Made by a program: the position numbers and the translations under genes. The notes beneath the pieces were generated by a model. That model ran no database searches, was not told the origin of the DNA, and saw nothing but the letters and a program-made list of their open reading frames with translations. 57,361 bases of DNA from assembly GCA_031401135.1 (NCBI GenBank), contig JANNRF010000125.1, positions 1 to 57,361 on the forward strand, given 5' to 3'. The stretch is from Deltaproteobacteria bacterium. Its GTDB lineage: Bacteria; Myxococcota_A; UBA9160; UBA6930. Positions 19,914-29,790 of the stretch are shown one piece after another; positions within the stretch are counted from its first letter, which is position 1, and each line of letters starts with the position of its first letter.

Positions 19914-21461
19914 TCAATCTTTGCGCTGATAGATCCGGATGCCGCCGATCTTCGCGAGCAGCTCGTAGCGCTCTGCTACGAACGCCCGAAGCCGCGGGAA
20001 ATCCCCGAACGGATCCGGTTCGTAGGACGGCCCGACGCAGATCTGCCGCGGAGGATCGCGCTCCAGGCCGGCCAGGTATTCGTCTCGGTAGCGGTCCGAT
20101 ACGGCCCCACCCCGAATCAGCGGCAGCGAAAAGATGAAGCGTGAGGCGTTGCGCCGGTCGGCCAAGAACGCGATTCCCGAAAGATTCCCGTAGAACGCGA
20201 TGGTGTCGCCCGCGGATGAGTTTTTCCGCACGACCTCGACAGCTTCCGCGACGTCTCCGGCGTCGTACCCGAAGCGGCTGTGATTGCCGTAGTAGTCCGC
20301 GAGCCGATCCACGCGCGCGACCACGCGGACCGCTCTCCAAACATCCCGGGCGGGAGACACGGCTGTCAGCGCCAGGAAACTGCAAGCCGAGAGCGCCGCA
20401 ACCGCTCGCAAGGGGGTCGAGCGGGGACTCCCGACGGGGACGTGGCGAAACACGGCCCCAGCGCCGGCCGCGGCCAGCGCGAGCAAAGGAGGAAGGACCG
20501 GGAGCCAGTGATAAGTGAAGAATTGAGCCTGAGCCAAGACGCACAGGAACGCGAGAAGCGTCCATGCCAGCAGGAACCACTTCCAGGCTGGCGTGAGTAT
20601 CGAAATGCGAGAGAGGCCGATCGCGATCAGCGGGTAGGCAGCCCACAAGAAAATTCGCGGCGTGATCGCCCGAGATTCCCCGGTCGTCACGAAGCGCAGG
20701 ACGGCGATCGCGCTTGTCGATTTCCCGGCGCCCGCCGACGTGTAGCTGTCGAAAGCGAAGCGGAACCAAATATCGGTCAAGGCCTCCAGCGCCCCGTTCG
20801 TCGAGAGCCAGACCGCCGCCAAGACCACCGGTATGGCCGCCCCGAACGCTGTCGGCACAGCGGCACGAACGAAGGGCCGTAGGCTGTTTTGGGCGGCGCA
20901 GGCAGCAAGGATCGGAACCAAGCCGAAGAGACCGAAGAACGGCTTTAGCAAGAACGCCGCGCCGATCAGCGTGCCAGCGCCGAACAGCCGACTCGGTGCG
21001 GCGGGCGCATGCGACCCCAGCATCGCGGCTCCGATCACCAGAGCGGTCGCCCAGAAGTCTGGTTCGCTCACAGAAAACCACGAGAACGCTGCGTACGAAA
21101 GCGCGAATGCGAGCGCGGCCCACACCCCCACGACGCGGCTCGCGATCCTGCCGAGCAGCACCTTCATGAACGCTGCGGCAGCGAGCATCGCGAGCAGGTC
21201 GAGCACTCGGATGCCCCACATGTTGCGACCGAAGAGCGCCGCGCTCAACCAGACCGCGCAGTAAGCCAGTGGGCCCTTCATGTCCCAGGCGTCTCGATAC
21301 GGCTGCCCACCGCGCAGCATCACGTCCGCGACCCCTGCGAACATTCCTTGATCCCAGCCGAACGGGAAGATCAGCGATGCGGCGGCCCACAACACGAGGA
21401 AGAAGAGCAGACCGACGGACGCGAGCGCGGCTAGGCGCTCGACTCGCAGGTCTCTCATCAT
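19914..21461 (-). CDS. Polytopic membrane glycosyltransferase, GT39 / ArnT-PMT_2-like
   Basis: 515 aa with about 11-12 hydrophobic helices. First periplasmic loop ...GGQPYRDAWDMKGPLAY resembles the PMT_2/ArnT loop. Soluble C-terminal domain. The overlapping 765-aa ORF in another frame is Arg-rich junk. Confidence 0.6.
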   Translation of the reverse strand: MMRDLRVERLAALASVGLLFFLVLWAAASLIFPFGWDQGMFAGVADVMLRGGQPYRDAWDMKGPLAYCAVWLSAALFGRNMWGIRVLDLLAMLAAAAFMKVLLGRIASRVVGVWAALAFALSYAAFSWFSVSEPDFWATALVIGAAMLGSHAPAAPSRLFGAGTLIGAAFLLKPFFGLFGLVPILAACAAQNSLRPFVRAAVPTAFGAAIPVVLAAVWLSTNGALEALTDIWFRFAFDSYTSAGAGKSTSAIAVLRFVTTGESRAITPRIFLWAAYPLIAIGLSRISILTPAWKWFLLAWTLLAFLCVLAQAQFFTYHWLPVLPPLLALAAAGAGAVFRHVPVGSPRSTPLRAVAALSACSFLALTAVSPARDVWRAVRVVARVDRLADYYGNHSRFGYDAGDVAEAVEVVRKNSSAGDTIAFYGNLSGIAFLADRRNASRFIFSLPLIRGGAVSDRYRDEYLAGLERDPPRQICVGPSYEPDPFGDFPRLRAFVAERYELLAKIGGIRIYQRKD

Positions 21462-21620
21462 CGCGTCCTCCGGGAGCTTCAGGTCGGGGCCATCGCTCGC
21501 AGGTGGGCGTACGTAGCCGAGCGCTCAGAGCGCATCCACACGCGAGTTGGGCGTAGGCAGAGCAATCTGTGAGTGCATTGACGCGTCCGCAGGCTCGGAG
21601 TAAACCGCGCCAGCTTCGGG

Positions 21621-22154
21621 GTGAGGCATCGAGTCGTCCCACCACATCGCGCAGCGTGCGAGCACGCGCGCGGACGTGTTGGGGGTCGTGGCGTGAGTTC
21701 GTACTTCGCCAACGATCCCACGGAGATCCGCCTCTCCGTTTCGGCGATCGTCTGGCGCGCGGCAGCTGGCGGCGAGCTTCTGCTGATGCAGCGCTCCGAC
21801 AACGCGCATTGGGGCTTGCCCGGCGGCTACGTCGAACTCGGCGAGAGCGTCGCCGACGCGACTGCGCGGGAGGTGTACGAAGAAACCGGCGTGCGCGTCG
21901 AGATCGGGCGCCTCGTCGGCGTCTACTCGGATCCCGCACGCCAAGTGATCGAGTACGCGGACGGCCGCCGCGTCCACGCGATCAATTTGTGCTTCGAAGC
22001 GCGCGCGACCGGCAGCGGTACGGCAACCACGCCAGACGAAACGCTCGCCACGGGCTACTTCGCCGCGAACGCGTTGCCTGCGCCGTTCGTGCCGATCCAC
22101 GAGATTCGAATTCGTGATGCGCTGACCGGCGCGCCGTTGGCCGCAGTGCGATGA
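21621..22154 (+). CDS. NUDIX hydrolase
   Basis: Nudix box [27 protein letters not shown]. Start uncertain (ATG at 21621 or GTG at 21693). Confidence 0.8.
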   Translation: MRHRVVPPHRAACEHARGRVGGRGVSSYFANDPTEIRLSVSAIVWRAAAGGELLLMQRSDNAHWGLPGGYVELGESVADATAREVYEETGVRVEIGRLVGVYSDPARQVIEYADGRRVHAINLCFEARATGSGTATTPDETLATGYFAANALPAPFVPIHEIRIRDALTGAPLAAVR

Positions 22155-22173
22155 TCCACACGGGGGAGAACCG

Positions 22174-23790
22174 ATGAACGCGCGCCCGAAGAAGTTCATC
22201 TTTGTTACTGGCGGTGTGCTGAGCGGCCTCGGCAAAGGGCTCTCGGCCGCGGCGATCGGTGCGCTGCTCGAAGCGCGCGGCCTGCGCGTCGGCTTCCTCA
22301 AGCTGGATCCGTACCTCAACGTCGACCCCGGCACGATGAACCCGATCCAGCACGGCGAGGTCTACGTCACCGAAGACGGCGCTGAGACCGATCTCGACCT
22401 CGGTCATTATGAGCGCTTCACCAAGTCGGTGACGGGCCAGGTGAACAACGTCACCGCCGGTCGCGTGTATCACACCGTAATCACCAAGGAGCGCCGCGGG
22501 GATTACCTCGGCGGCACCGTGCAGGTGATCCCGCACGTCACCGACGAGATCAAGTCGCGCATCCACAAGGCCGCCGAGGCGCCGGATCTGCTGATCGTCG
22601 AAGTCGGCGGCACGGTCGGAGACATCGAGGCGCTGCCGTTCCTCGAGGCCGTGCGCCAGCTGCGCGCCGAAGTCGGGCGCGACAACGTTTGTTATGTGCA
22701 CCTCGCGCTCGTGCCGTTCGTGCCGACCGTGGGCGAGCTGAAGACGAAGCCGCTCCAGCACTCCGTGAAGGAACTGCAGGCACTCGGCATCGCGCCCGAC
22801 GTGCTGCTCTGCCGCACAGATCGCTTCCTGCCGCGCTCAGTGAAGGCCAAGATCGCGCTGTTCTGCAACGTCGACGAGAACGCGGTGATTACTGCCAAGG
22901 ACGTGCAGCACCTCTACGAAGTGCCGCTCGCGTTTCACGACGAGGGCCTCGACGAGAAGATCACGCGCGTGCTCGGCATCTGGACGGGCGAGCCGCGACT
23001 CGAGGCCTGGGAGCGCGTGGTGCACGCCGTGCGCAACCCCGAGAAGACGATCCGCATCGGCATGGTCGGCAAGTACGTGAATCTCTCGGACTCGTACAAG
23101 AGCCTGAACGAATCGCTGCACCACGGCGGCATCGCGCACAAGACCCAGGTGGTGATCGAGTACTTCGATTCCGAGAAGCTCGACAACACCGACGCGCTCG
23201 CCGGCCTGCACGGCATCCTCGTGCCCCACGGTTTCGGCTCGCGCGGCGTCGAGGGCAAGATCGCGGCGGTGCGTTACGCGCGCGAGCGGCGCATCCCGTA
23301 CTTCGGGATTTGTTACGGCATGCAGATGCTGGTGATCGAGTTCGCGCGCAATGTGGCGGGCCTCGAGCGCGCGAACAGCGCCGAAGTCGACCCCGATTCG
23401 CCGAACCCGGTGATCGACCTGATGCCCGAGCAGCGCGCGAAATCCGAGAAGGGCGCAACCATGCGTCTCGGCGCCTACCCGTGCACGCTGCGCCCTGGAA
23501 CCAAGGCCTTCGAAGCGTACGGCGTGAGCGAAATCAGCGAGCGCCACCGCCACCGCTACGAGTTCAACCCCGACTTCCGCGATCGCCTATCGCGCGCGGG
23601 CCTCGTGCTGTCCGGCACCTCGCCCGACGGCCGCCTGGTCGAGATCGTCGAGCTAGCCGATCACCCGTGGTTCCTCGGCTGCCAGTTCCACCCCGAGTTC
23701 AAGTCAACGCCCTTCGTGCCGCACCCGCTGTTCGTCGCGTTCGTGGGCGCGGCGGTGTTGGAGATGGAGCGCAGCAAGCCGCGCGCGTAG
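22174..23790 (+). CDS. pyrG: CTP synthase
   Basis: [35 protein letters not shown] and the glutaminase domain GICYGMQ...HRHRYEFN. Confidence 0.95.
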   Translation: MNARPKKFIFVTGGVLSGLGKGLSAAAIGALLEARGLRVGFLKLDPYLNVDPGTMNPIQHGEVYVTEDGAETDLDLGHYERFTKSVTGQVNNVTAGRVYHTVITKERRGDYLGGTVQVIPHVTDEIKSRIHKAAEAPDLLIVEVGGTVGDIEALPFLEAVRQLRAEVGRDNVCYVHLALVPFVPTVGELKTKPLQHSVKELQALGIAPDVLLCRTDRFLPRSVKAKIALFCNVDENAVITAKDVQHLYEVPLAFHDEGLDEKITRVLGIWTGEPRLEAWERVVHAVRNPEKTIRIGMVGKYVNLSDSYKSLNESLHHGGIAHKTQVVIEYFDSEKLDNTDALAGLHGILVPHGFGSRGVEGKIAAVRYARERRIPYFGICYGMQMLVIEFARNVAGLERANSAEVDPDSPNPVIDLMPEQRAKSEKGATMRLGAYPCTLRPGTKAFEAYGVSEISERHRHRYEFNPDFRDRLSRAGLVLSGTSPDGRLVEIVELADHPWFLGCQFHPEFKSTPFVPHPLFVAFVGAAVLEMERSKPRA

Positions 23791-23835
23791 CGGGCCCCGG
23801 GGCGAGCGAAGATCCAAGGCGGGCCACGAAATTTC

Positions 23836-23862
23836 TGTCGATTCGCGCGCGCCGCGCTCGTC
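23836..23862 (+). promoter_or_regulatory. Candidate ECF-type promoter upstream of the YCII-sigma pair
   Basis: TGTCGA (23836-23841), 17 nt spacer, then CGTC (23859-23862), 38 nt upstream of the YCII ATG. A CGTC -10 element is typical of ECF promoters. Assignment is tentative. Confidence 0.3.
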
Positions 23863-23900
23863 GTGTTCTCGAATCTCCACCCGAGACGAGAGGAACGACG

Positions 23901-24251
23901 ATGCCGAAGTACATGCTGCTGATCCTGGATCCGCCGACGCTCAGCGAGGCCGCTGCCGCCGCAGCGGGCTCCGGCATGGCGGAGATGGGCCGCTTCGCTG
24001 GCGAACTCGCGCAGCAGGGCAAGATGAAAGACGCCGCGCCGCTCGGGCCTAGCAAGAAGGCGAGGGTGGTCCGGCGCGACAAGAAGGGGAAGGTGTCGGT
24101 GACCGACGGCCCCTTCACCGAGGCCAAGGAGTGCGTCTCGGGTTATTTCGTGATCGAGGCGAAGGACCGGCGCGAAGCCGTGGCGATCGCGAAGAAATGC
24201 CCGCATCTCGCGATCGGCGGCATCGAGGTGCGTGACATCATCGAGGTGTGA
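23901..24251 (+). CDS. YCII-related (DGPF domain) protein
   Basis: 116 aa, MPKYMLLI...VTDGPFTEAKECVSGYFVIEAKDRREAVAIAKKCP. Only the last 117 codons of the long ORF 22689-24251 look coding. SD GAGAGGAA. Confidence 0.85.
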   Translation: MPKYMLLILDPPTLSEAAAAAAGSGMAEMGRFAGELAQQGKMKDAAPLGPSKKARVVRRDKKGKVSVTDGPFTEAKECVSGYFVIEAKDRREAVAIAKKCPHLAIGGIEVRDIIEV

Positions 24252-25534
24252 GCGCACCGCGGACGCCAAGCCTCTGCGAAGCAGACTTCGCGCGCCTCTA
24301 CCGCGCCGAGCACGGGCGCGTGCTCGCGACCGTCGCGCGCGTAGCGGGCGATCTCTCGCGCGCCGAAGAGTTCGTGCACGAGGCGTGGCTGCGCGCGCTC
24401 GAACGCTGGCCGCGCGAGGGCGTCCCTGACAAGCCCGGCGCGTGGCTCGTGACGGCGGCGCGGCGGCTCGCGATCGACGCGTGGCGGCACGCACAGCTCG
24501 CGCGGCGCGAAGCCGCGTGCGAGCCCGCGCCACCCAGCCCGCACGAAGCCGAGGCCGCGCTGCTCGACGAAGCGCTCGCGCCTGAGTTGTTACGAGACGA
24601 CCCGCTGCGGCTGATGTTCACCTGCTGTCACCCGCTGCTGCCGCGCGAGGCGCAAGTGGCGCTGACGCTGCACACGCTCGGCGGCCTCAGCGTGCCCGAG
24701 ATCGCGCAGGCGTTTCTCGCCGAGGAGCGCGCCATCGCGCAGCGCATCGTGCGCGCGAAGCGCACCTTGCGCTCGCGCCGCGTTCCGTTTCGCGTGCCGA
24801 GCGCGTACGAGTTACCCGAGCGTCTGCCAGCTTTGCTGGAGGTGCTCTACCTGATCTTCAACGAGGGCTACGCCGCGAGCGCAGGCGACGCGCTCGTGCG
24901 CACAGAGTTGTGCGACGAAGCGCTGCGGCTCGCGAGCCTCGTGGCCGACGCGCTGCCCTCCGCCGAGGCGCTCGCGCTCGTCGCGCTGTTCGAGCTGCAA
25001 GCCTCGCGGCTCGCGGCGCGCAGCGACGCCCACGGCCGCGCGCTGTTGCTCGAGGAGCAAGACCGTGCGCGTTGGGATCGCGCGCGTATAACAGCCGGCC
25101 TCGCGCGTCTCACTGCCGCACGCCGCGCGCCGCGACCGGGCGCGTTCGTGCTGCAAGCCGAGCTCGCCGCGTGTCACGCGCGCGCAGCGAACTTCGCCGC
25201 CACCGACTGGCGCCGCATCGTCGCGCTCTACGACCGCCTGTTCGCGCTGCACGCTTCGCCGGTGATCGCGCTGAATCGGGCGATCGCACTCGGCTTCCGC
25301 GACGGCCCGGCCGCGGGCCTCGCCGCACTCGCCGCGTTGCGCTTCGACCCGCGCCTGCGCCGCTACCCGTGGCTGCCCGCCGCCCGCGCCGACTTGTTGC
25401 GGCGCGCCGAGCGCTGGCGCGAAGCTGCCGACGAATACGCGCGCGCCGCGCTGCTCATGAGCAACGCCAGCGAGCGCGCATTCCTCGCTGAGCAGCGCGC
25501 CGAATGCCTGCGCGCCGCGGCTTGCGAGCGCTGA
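24248..25534 (+). CDS. ECF-family RNA polymerase sigma factor with long C-terminal TPR-like extension (ECF42 / COG4941-type)
   Basis: Start overlaps the YCII stop. Region 2 (EEFVHEAWLRALERWP...PGAWLVTAARRLAIDAWR), region 4 (LTLHTLGGLSVPEIAQAFLAEERAIAQRIVRAKRTL), then about 230 aa of helical extension. Pairing with a DGPF gene is the known ECF42 context. Confidence 0.85.
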   Translation: MSAPRTPSLCEADFARLYRAEHGRVLATVARVAGDLSRAEEFVHEAWLRALERWPREGVPDKPGAWLVTAARRLAIDAWRHAQLARREAACEPAPPSPHEAEAALLDEALAPELLRDDPLRLMFTCCHPLLPREAQVALTLHTLGGLSVPEIAQAFLAEERAIAQRIVRAKRTLRSRRVPFRVPSAYELPERLPALLEVLYLIFNEGYAASAGDALVRTELCDEALRLASLVADALPSAEALALVALFELQASRLAARSDAHGRALLLEEQDRARWDRARITAGLARLTAARRAPRPGAFVLQAELAACHARAANFAATDWRRIVALYDRLFALHASPVIALNRAIALGFRDGPAAGLAALAALRFDPRLRRYPWLPAARADLLRRAERWREAADEYARAALLMSNASERAFLAEQRAECLRAAACER

Positions 25535-25583
25535 GCACGTCGCCTACAAACCGCCGCTTCCCGCGCGATTCGCTTGATAGGTC

Positions 25584-25659
25584 GGGGCGTTAGCTCAGTT
25601 GGTAGAGCGCCGTGCTCACACCGCGGAGGTCACAGGTTCGAGCCCTGTACGCCCCACCA
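25584..25659 (+). tRNA. tRNA-Val (anticodon CAC)
   Basis: Cloverleaf read by hand: acceptor GGGGCGT/ACGCCCC, D arm GCTC-AGTTGGTA-GAGC, anticodon stem CCGTG/CGCGG with loop CTCACAC, T arm ACAGG-TTCGAGC-CCTGT, encoded CCA. Confidence 0.9.
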
Positions 25660-25698
25660 CGGCCGCGGCCAACGCGGCCCCAGCCATCCTCGCGCGCG

Positions 25699-25836
25699 TC
25701 ACTCGACGGCGAGGATCATGCGCCCGAACGTCTGCGAGGCATCCACCTCGTCGACGCACTCCGCCCAGCGCTCGAAGCCGCCGCGCACGATCTTTTCGGC
25801 GCTCTTCAGCTTGCCCTCGGCGAGCGCTCGACTCAT
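25699..25836 (-). pseudogene. C-terminal remnant of an NADP-dependent MDR oxidoreductase (YncB/CurA-like)
   Basis: The minus-strand translation MSRALAEGKLKSAEKIVRGGFERWAECVDEVDASQTFGRMILAVE* resembles only the last 45 residues or so of that family. An in-frame stop lies just upstream. Located 40 nt downstream of tRNA-Val. Confidence 0.4.
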
Positions 25837-25916
25837 CCTCGGCGGGCCAACGCCCACCGAAGGACTCGACCGCGCTCACCGCATCCACAGGTCGCCAACA
25901 GCGGGGTAACGACAGC

Positions 25917-26510
25917 GTGTCCACGAAAGACCACGAACAGGTCTCGATTTATCCGTTCTCCACGGAGAAGCGCGAGGAGCTCCTGAGCAAGGCGCGGGAG
26001 TGCGTCTTCAACTGGGCCACGAAGGACGGCTGGCCCGTGGGCGTCGTGCATGCGTTCGTCTGGCACAAGGGGCGCGCATGGATCACCTGCGGCTCGCATC
26101 GGCACCGCGTCGCTGCGCTTCGCCGGGATGCGCGTTGCTCTGTGGTGGTGAGCGGGATCGCTGCGCCCGACGGCCCCAACGGCGCGATCACGATCAAGGG
26201 CCGCGCCGTGATTCATGACGACCCAGAGACCAAGCGCTGGTTCTACCCCGCGTTGGCGCGCGGGCCTTATGGGCGTGCGGGAGGAGCACTCACGCCCGAG
26301 GCAGAAGTCCAAGCCAGGGCGTTCGAGGAACGGTTGGATTCGCCGCTGCGCGTGGTCATCGAGATCGTTCCGGAGAAGTTCATCGAGCTCGACAGCGACA
26401 AGATGGCGAAGGACTCGGCCGGCCAGCTATCGGACCAGGAGCGCGGGCCGCTGCTCGAAGCGGACGCCAAGCGCATGCCGCAGGAGTTGAAGCGTCTCGG
26501 CATCGACTGA
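25917..26510 (+). CDS. Pyridoxamine 5'-phosphate oxidase (PPOX) family / flavin- or deazaflavin-binding split-barrel protein
   Basis: GTG at 25917. REELLSKARECVFNWATKDGWPVGVVHAFVWHKGRAWITCGSHRHRVAALRRDARCSVVV... and ITIKGRAVIH are typical of the PPOX-class fold. The ORF part upstream of 25917 runs through the tRNA. Confidence 0.6.
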   Translation: MSTKDHEQVSIYPFSTEKREELLSKARECVFNWATKDGWPVGVVHAFVWHKGRAWITCGSHRHRVAALRRDARCSVVVSGIAAPDGPNGAITIKGRAVIHDDPETKRWFYPALARGPYGRAGGALTPEAEVQARAFEERLDSPLRVVIEIVPEKFIELDSDKMAKDSAGQLSDQERGPLLEADAKRMPQELKRLGID

Positions 26511-26632
26511 GGAGCCACTATGCCCTCCAAGCGCGCTACCTCACGCGCTGGCGATGCGACAGACTCCCGGGGCGAGACGCGCCCGCAGTCGGCCCCGGCA
26601 TCGATCACCTACCCACGAATGAAGAGCGCCCA

Positions 26633-27982
26633 ATGACCGAATCAGCTGTTAGACAAGAACTCGACACCTGGCCGGAGCAAACGACTCGCGGCAATCGGAT
26701 CCTCGGGAGCCGCTACACGTCGCAAGAATTCTTCCGCGAGGAGTGGGAGAAGATGTGGACGAAGGTCTGGCTGCTCCTGGGCCGCGAGTCCGAGTTGCCG
26801 ACGCCCGGCTGCTGGCAGTTGGAACCTGTCGGTGCGGAAGAGATCCTGATGGTCCGTCAGCAAGATGGCGGCGTGAAGGCGTTCTACAACGTGTGCCAGC
26901 ACCGCGGGAATCCGCTGGTCGACGCGCCGAAGGGCAGCACGCGCCGCTTCGTGTGCAAGTACCACAGCTGGGTGTTCGCGCCGGATGGGCGGCTCACTTT
27001 CGCTCCGGACCGCGAGGATTTCGCGGAGGGGAATCCGTGCGGCAAGGTGAGCCTGAAAGAGCTGCGCTGCGAGACGTTCGCAGGCTTCGTCTGGGTCAAC
27101 ATGGATCCCGACTGCGTGCCGTTGAAGACCTACCTCGGGCCCATCTGGAACGCGTGGAAGGCGCTCGACCTCGAGAACTGGAAGCGCGTCGAAGCGCGCT
27201 CGACGTCGCTGCCGTGCAACTGGAAGGTGGTTCTCGACAACTTCAACGAGTCCTATCACGTGCCCACCGTGCACATGGCCGCGACGCCCGAGACGGACCG
27301 CACCAAGGTCCGCGGCAACATCAACACCTATTACAAGGAAACCAAGTTCGACCTCTCCGACGAAGGCCACAACCGCATGGTGATGCAGGGCGGCTACGGA
27401 GTCGGACAGACGGACGCCGAAGGCAACATCCTCGAGCCGCTCGCTTCGTTGCTGCGCACGTGGGAGATCGATCCGGCGCAGTACAAGGGGAATCCCCAGG
27501 GCACGCGCGCGGCCCTGCAGGCGGCCAAGCGACGGCTCGGGCCGTCCCGCGGGTTCTCGCACTACGCGACGGTGCCCGACGAGCAACTCACCGACGCCTT
27601 CCACTACACGCTGTTCCCGAACTTTGCGGTGTCGGTGTGGTCGGACGGCTTCCACTTCTTGAGGGCGCGGCCGCACTACAAGGACTCCGAGCAGTGTCTC
27701 TTCGACAACTGGTGGTACTCGAGCCCGGCCTCCCTCGAGCACGGCGTGGGCGGCCCCCACGGCACGCGCAACCGGAGCGACGAGGAAGTCGCAGTCACTT
27801 GGGTGGACGCGGCGTCGATCGGCCCGGCCATCGAGGACGACGTGCGCGTATTCGTCACGCAGCAGCGCGGCTTCCGCTCGCGGGGCTTCGAGGGCGTCTA
27901 CCTCTCCAGGCAGGAGACCCGAGTCCGCCGCTATCACGAGCTCATCGACGACTACATCGCGGGCCGCTTGCCGCTGAAGTGA
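26633..27982 (+). CDS. Rieske [2Fe-2S] ring-hydroxylating oxygenase, alpha subunit
   Basis: Rieske motif CQHRGNPL...(17 residues)...CKYHSW. The catalytic domain has NFNESYHVPTVH (mononuclear Fe His pair). No beta subunit or reductase gene lies adjacent. Confidence 0.85.
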   Translation: MTESAVRQELDTWPEQTTRGNRILGSRYTSQEFFREEWEKMWTKVWLLLGRESELPTPGCWQLEPVGAEEILMVRQQDGGVKAFYNVCQHRGNPLVDAPKGSTRRFVCKYHSWVFAPDGRLTFAPDREDFAEGNPCGKVSLKELRCETFAGFVWVNMDPDCVPLKTYLGPIWNAWKALDLENWKRVEARSTSLPCNWKVVLDNFNESYHVPTVHMAATPETDRTKVRGNINTYYKETKFDLSDEGHNRMVMQGGYGVGQTDAEGNILEPLASLLRTWEIDPAQYKGNPQGTRAALQAAKRRLGPSRGFSHYATVPDEQLTDAFHYTLFPNFAVSVWSDGFHFLRARPHYKDSEQCLFDNWWYSSPASLEHGVGGPHGTRNRSDEEVAVTWVDAASIGPAIEDDVRVFVTQQRGFRSRGFEGVYLSRQETRVRRYHELIDDYIAGRLPLK

Positions 27983-28153
27983 TGGCTGGGAGCTGGGGAC
28001 CGCTCCCGCCCGCGGGCCGGCACGGACCGAGACAGCGTTGGCCTAATCCCGCTCGTGCTCGGCGCGCGGGCACTGTCCGCCGCGACGCGATCTCCGCGCG
28101 TTAACCCTCCCCGATCACTGGCGTTGGGCGTAGTGTGCGCGTGGAGCGTTGGA

Positions 28154-29631
28154 GTGAGCGATCTCGCGAAACGCGTGATGTGTGCTGCCGCGCTCGTCGC
28201 GGCGACGTTCGCGCCACTCGCGACTCACGCTCTTCCGCCGCGCCCGCCGAATCCGAACGAGCTGTTGCTGCGCGCGCGCACGCTCGTGCCCGCTGCGTCT
28301 CGCGCGAGCGCTGCAACGAAGCAGGGACGACACCTGCTGATCCAGTTCGAGGCGGGTCGTCAGAAGGAGGCGCTCGCGGCTCTGCGTGCGCGCAACATCC
28401 GCGTGCTCGAGTCGGTGCCGCGCAACGCGCTGCCCGCTTGGGTGCCTGCCGGTGTCGATCCGCTCGCGGCGCCTGGCGTGCGCTGGGCCGGCCCGCTCGC
28501 TGCGGGAGACAAGGTCTCGCTGCGGGCGGAATCGTTCGCGCGCCAGCTGCGTGTGCTCGTCGACGTGTTCCCCGATGTCGCGAAGCCCGCAGCGCTCGCA
28601 GCGCCGCGCGGGCGGGCGCGAGATTCCTAACAGCTACCTGCGCGCGACGACGCTGCGCGTCGAGATCGCGGCGAGTGCGCTCGGCGCGCTGACGCTCCCG
28701 TCGCTCGCGAGCAGCCACGACCGAGTGACCGAATGTCGCCCGTACTCGCGAGCTCGGGCACCTACTACCTCCGCATCTTCGGCGACAACTACGGCGACGC
28801 ATACAGCTGCAGCTGGCTCACGGAGAACGAGCCTCCCCTGATACCGCCAGCGAACGACGACTTCGCGAGTCGCACACCGATGGGGCTTTGGGAGTCGGGC
28901 TACGGCGACACCTACATGGCGACGAAGGAGCCGGGCGAGGCTGAGCACGCCGGCAACCCTGGCGGCGGCTCGGTGTGGTGGAGCTGGACGGCGCCGAGCA
29001 CCGGTGAATTCCGAGTCAGCACTCTCGACGCGTACCAATACCTCGACACATTGCTCGCGGTCTATCGAGGCGACCACGTCGATGCGCTGACGCTCGTCGC
29101 GGAGAACGACAACGACCAGGGGGCGCTCGGCAGCCAGGTCGTGTTCCGGGCGGCGGCGAACGAGACGTTCGCGATCGCCGTCGATGGCTTTGGGGGGCGA
29201 GGAGCCGTTACTCCATGGTCATCCAGGAAGTTCCTCCACCACCCGAGGATCCTCCTCCGCCTCCGCCGCCACCTCCTGCCCCTCCGCCGCCGGTCGACCC
29301 CGTGCGGGTTTCGTGGTCGAGCTTCAAGAGCAAGTGCAAGGCCAGCACGGGCACGTGCAAGGTCAAGGCGAAGCTGCTCGTGCAAAACCCTGGCGGCGGG
29401 CCCTCGACGCTGCAGATCAACTACCTGCTCTCGGACGACACCGACCAGCACGACGCGGAGGACGCGCTCGTTCAGGTCGTGCATGTCCCGAGCCTCGCGG
29501 CCGGTCGGGCGATGACGCTCAAGCTCAAGACCACCCTCACCGGAGTGCACGCGCCGCGCGGCAAGTACCTCATCGCAGTCGCGGTGAGCGATGGCGGGAC
29601 GCTCTCGGCGCCGTTCGGGCCATTGCGCTGA
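28154..29631 (+). pseudogene. Secreted multidomain protein (propeptide-like region, PPC-like, NDDF...AVDG domain, poly-Pro linker, CARDB-like domain) disrupted by about three frame changes
   Basis: GTG at 28154 with signal peptide VSDLAKRVMCAAALVAATFAPLATHA. The coding signal (GC3 plus sensible peptide) moves from frame 2 to frame 0 near 28600-28625 (in-frame TAA at 28628). It returns to frame 2 near 28725-28735, then shifts to frame 1 near the G6 run at 29192-29197. The C-terminal module resembles CARDB. Confidence 0.6.
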
Positions 29632-29712
29632 GGTGACCACCGGGCTTCGCGACGTCCGCGCGCCGACCTCGCGCGATGGCGCAGAGTACTCGCTAGCCTG
29701 CTCGGCCTGCGT

Positions 29713-29790
29713 GGTCCCGTAGCTCAGTTGGATTAGAGCGCGAGCCTCCGAAGCTCGAGGTCATAGGTTCGAACCCTATCGGGATCACCA
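29713..29790 (+). tRNA. tRNA-Arg (anticodon CCG)
   Basis: Acceptor GGTCCCG/CGGGATC, D arm GCTC-AGTTGGATTA-GAGC, anticodon stem CGAGC/GCTCG with loop CTCCGAA, T arm ATAGG-TTCGAAC-CCTAT, encoded CCA. Confidence 0.88.

Noticed and set aside
19642-21939. 765-aa minus-strand ORF, the longest in the window
   Set aside because: It is extremely Arg/Pro/Ser-rich with no motifs. It is simply another frame of the GT39-like membrane protein gene (19914-21461) and of argC antisense. This is a typical high-GC spurious ORF.
28628-28630. In-frame TAA between ORFs 28055-28630 and 28733-29515 (same frame) as possible stop-codon read-through or recoding
   Set aside because: GC3 and peptide quality show that the coding signal leaves this frame before the TAA and returns about 110 nt later. 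This means compensating frameshifts, not read-through.
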